DNA from: Massalongia carnosa
Lineage: Eukaryota
Reading direction: 5' to 3'
Assembly: GCA_965645245.1 (NCBI GenBank)
Contig: OZ287076.1
Coordinates: 372,001 to 436,000 of the forward strand
Length of the DNA: 64,000 nt
Made by a program: the position numbers and the translations under genes
Shown here: positions 61,278 through 64,000 of the stretch, in pieces
How the letters are laid out: every line of letters begins with the position of its first letter
How positions within the stretch are numbered: position 1 is the first letter of the stretch
Notes under the pieces: model-generated
Told to the model about the DNA's origin: nothing
Seen by the model: only the letters and a program-made list of their open reading frames with translations
Databases searched by the model: none

Positions 61278-64000
61278 ATGGACTCCATTCATTGCTTCTC
61301 TCCCAATTCCAAAAAAGACCAGCCTCTATGCGCCGAATCTCTAGCTACGGAAGCTGCATGGACTACAGCCCGATGCAACCGTCTTCTCCGTCCTTTATCA
61401 TCGAAACTTGCGTTACTTCGCAAGGCCCGGCAGCTTCACCAGCAGTTGAGATCTAATGAGGCGCCAGCCTTGAAATCGAAAGCACCAATTACTAGCGAAG
61501 CCTTCCCGCTTGGTGCGACAAGCAGCACAAATGCGTCCTACCATTCATCCACGAAATTGACAGGCAAATGTCAAGGCTGGACACCTAGTCCAAGACCGAG
61601 GAAAAGGATCAAGCGTACATATTCTTCAAGGGAAGTTGGGCATGGTCTCAGAAGAGAAATAACCGAGTCCCTAGTCGGCCTTGATGAGAACCAACCATCA
61701 TTATACAACAACGACACAAGCGCAGATCAGCAGTTCCCCGCCCATTACTTTTCCAAAAGGATCTGTTTACGCTCGAAATCTTTTGATGATGAATTGTTGC
61801 CAGACGAAGGTATCACAACATCTTGGCGCGAAGGTGTCCCAATGTTACAAGCTGATTCGCAAATTTTGTCTCGGCAGCCTATCAAAGCTACACAACCAGA
61901 TCGCTGCAGATTAATCAAAGGATTACGAAGTGGACTTGAAGCCCTCCTCAAAGCCACTGCGAACGATGGCACCAAATCCAATACTGGCAGTCGCACACTC
62001 TTCTCAACATGTCTAAGGAAGACGTCGGAATACATCGCTGCGGAGGAGCTTTGGTGCAAGAGAGAAGATCCCGAAAGCGTGGTCGACATATCATCAGCTG
62101 TATACAATGACCTAGAAGCTTTTGGATCATTTCCAAATTACGGCTGGAAGCCTTTGAAAGAGGTCGTCAGAGCTCATGGGATTGCGTTGCTGGGAACTGC
62201 TATCAAAGATAGGCTCATCACTTCTATTGTAATTTGCCAATGGGTTAGGGTATGCCTTGACCATGGCGCATACGATGAGGGAGAGCAGTTATTAGAATGC
62301 ATGATCACTACGATGGAACCGTTTGAAAAACCGGCAAGCGTGCGCAGTAGTTTCCCTGAGAGCTCTAATCTAGGTATGTTGAATTATTTTGCGAGTGTTT
62401 CCAAGCGGTACGGATTTCAATATCGACAGCTTGCGAAACTTTTCAGTAGCGGCGTACTTCCTATTGAATGGATGTCTACTGGTAATATGATTCCTTGCTG
62501 GAACAGAGCTATACATTCCATCATGGAGGAGAATGGCCAGGCCGGTGAGGCGGCATATTTACTGCGCACTACATTATCAATTTCCTATGGATTATCAAAC
62601 GTATCTCTTTGTTCCCAGATACACAAAATCCGAGTAAGAGCTGACAGTTCGGGTATTACGCCAAGCCGGTCTTTCCTTCCAGGCCAGGCAATACATACCC
62701 CCCGTCCAGCGAAACAGAAAGTATTGCACCGTGCAGGATGCGGGATTGAAGATATGAATCACGCGTTCGATTCGACTCGACTACATCTACTCACGATACT
62801 AAGTACTCTGGTTTTCGTCCAGAAATCAGCGGCTGCTTCCAAGTCAAGTGAACCCAGGCCACCAAGCCTCCGCATTCTGCAAGACATAACACTTGGATTC
62901 CACCAAGCTATTGCGATTCGATCTCACGACCCTAGTTCTGACGATTTTTTGCATTTGCCTGAAGAAAAAGGCCCGAAGTGTCTCCTGTTGCTGGCCGCCG
63001 GGTTGATAGCAGCTAGGGTTGACAATGACAAGGTTAACCTAGATCCAGGAGAAAATCAGGATTTTGCCCTTATACGCCATTTGCACCCTGGTCATGAGTT
63101 TCTGAGATCAGGTGCATCATTCATTCGCGCTGTTGCCAACTGCTGTGGACAAGCTGCATCTTACGAAGCATTTCAATATTTGCAGGAACTAGTCCGACAC
63201 CTACTCCAAACAGACGAAAATCATGGTCAAGCACTTGAGTCACGACATCTCTTTGGAAAAATTGCCGCGGCTGCAGCGGTTCAATTCTCAACAGCAACAA
63301 GCCTTCCGCGATACATTAGCTGGGCGTTGGAATTAGAGTCGTCCGTTAACCGAAGGAGCGTTGGAGCGGATTTTCAGACCCCATTAAAACCCTCCATGCT
63401 TGCTGTCACGAGGACTAAAAGTGGCTTTCGGTGGGAGGAAGGAATTTGCGAGTGGGTGGCTGGTACACCCATGATTCCGATGCCAACCCCATCCCTCATA
63501 GGGCAAGCATCCAACGCGGCCCCAGGAATGGACGGCGACACATCTCCTATAGTTACCCTAGAGTCTTCCTCTATTAAGCCATCGCCTTGTCTCGTCGAAG
63601 TGCCAACCAAGTCTATCAAGTTTAACAGCCGAGCGAAGTCATCAGAGGCTTCCCCTCATCCTGCGGTCAAGTCCTCATACGGTGCATTCTTCCGAGTCGA
63701 GATCAATCATTCTGAGCGTAGAGAAGCTCGAATCAGGCAGTCCTGTGGCAAGGCAAACCCGAACACGAGCGGAATCGGTCGAGGGAACACGGCGTCGCGC
63801 CCACGCGTCAACATCGCACCTAGTGAGCAATCACCTCAAAAGTCGTCACTAGAAACGCCTAAGGACAGTTTTCACACGCTTAAGCAGTCGGCTCCGCAAA
63901 CCAAGGGTGGAAATTCTCGGAGACGGAAGCATAAGCCATGCAAGCCCCAGGTTTCATGCATCTTTAGTGAACACGAAGGCCGGGAAACCAGCGTGGCTTG
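61278..64000 (+). CDS. Large fungal hypothetical protein, divergent from MED10, runs off the window end
   Basis: ATG 61278: MDSIHCFSPN...AAWTTARCNRLLRPLSSKLALLRK; later WEEGICEWVAGTP-type motif near 63430. Missing from the ORF track, consistent with no stop before 64000; I did not check every codon. Confidence 0.75.
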   Translation, partial: MDSIHCFSPNSKKDQPLCAESLATEAAWTTARCNRLLRPLSSKLALLRKARQLHQQLRSNEAPALKSKAPITSEAFPLGATSSTNASYHSSTKLTGKCQGWTPSPRPRKRIKRTYSSREVGHGLRREITESLVGLDENQPSLYNNDTSADQQFPAHYFSKRICLRSKSFDDELLPDEGITTSWREGVPMLQADSQILSRQPIKATQPDRCRLIKGLRSGLEALLKATANDGTKSNTGSRTLFSTCLRKTSEYIAAEELWCKREDPESVVDISSAVYNDLEAFGSFPNYGWKPLKEVVRAHGIALLGTAIKDRLITSIVICQWVRVCLDHGAYDEGEQLLECMITTMEPFEKPASVRSSFPESSNLGMLNYFASVSKRYGFQYRQLAKLFSSGVLPIEWMSTGNMIPCWNRAIHSIMEENGQAGEAAYLLRTTLSISYGLSNVSLCSQIHKIRVRADSSGITPSRSFLPGQAIHTPRPAKQKVLHRAGCGIEDMNHAFDSTRLHLLTILSTLVFVQKSAAASKSSEPRPPSLRILQDITLGFHQAIAIRSHDPSSDDFLHLPEEKGPKCLLLLAAGLIAARVDNDKVNLDPGENQDFALIRHLHPGHEFLRSGASFIRAVANCCGQAASYEAFQYLQELVRHLLQTDENHGQALESRHLFGKIAAAAAVQFSTATSLPRYISWALELESSVNRRSVGADFQTPLKPSMLAVTRTKSGFRWEEGICEWVAGTPMIPMPTPSLIGQASNAAPGMDGDTSPIVTLESSSIKPSPCLVEVPTKSIKFNSRAKSSEASPHPAVKSSYGAFFRVEINHSERREARIRQSCGKANPNTSGIGRGNTASRPRVNIAPSEQSPQKSSLETPKDSFHTLKQSAPQTKGGNSRRRKHKPCKPQVSCIFSEHEGRETSVA

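Overview
Filamentous ascomycete (Pezizomycotina) nuclear DNA with short GT-AG introns; a lichen-forming lineage is possible but cannot be shown from this window. The window opens in a MUP1-like amino-acid permease. About 31 kb follows (2.1-33.5 kb) with no intact host gene and a transposon nest: a young Ty1/copia element with identical 220-bp LTRs, an LTR-like remnant, a 638-bp non-coding retroelement starting at a predicted HDV-like ribozyme, and a near full-length Tad-like LINE interrupted by a solo LTR. Next come a GH5 cellulase pseudogene, an intact Fot1/pogo transposon, and a gene block (SF1/BBP, GMC oxidoreductase, GtaA-like glutaminase, a conserved hypothetical gene, MED10, a large hypothetical gene running off the end). 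Best leads: (1) a 2.4-kb unit at 53.5-55.9 kb carrying a PD-(D/E)XK nuclease-like gene between two ~10.5-bp-phased GAGCA arrays and CTTAG direct repeats; (2) the ribozyme-headed SINE-like element; (3) a long SF1/BBP intron holding three copies of the branchpoint motif its protein binds. All calls were made by eye; no searches were run.
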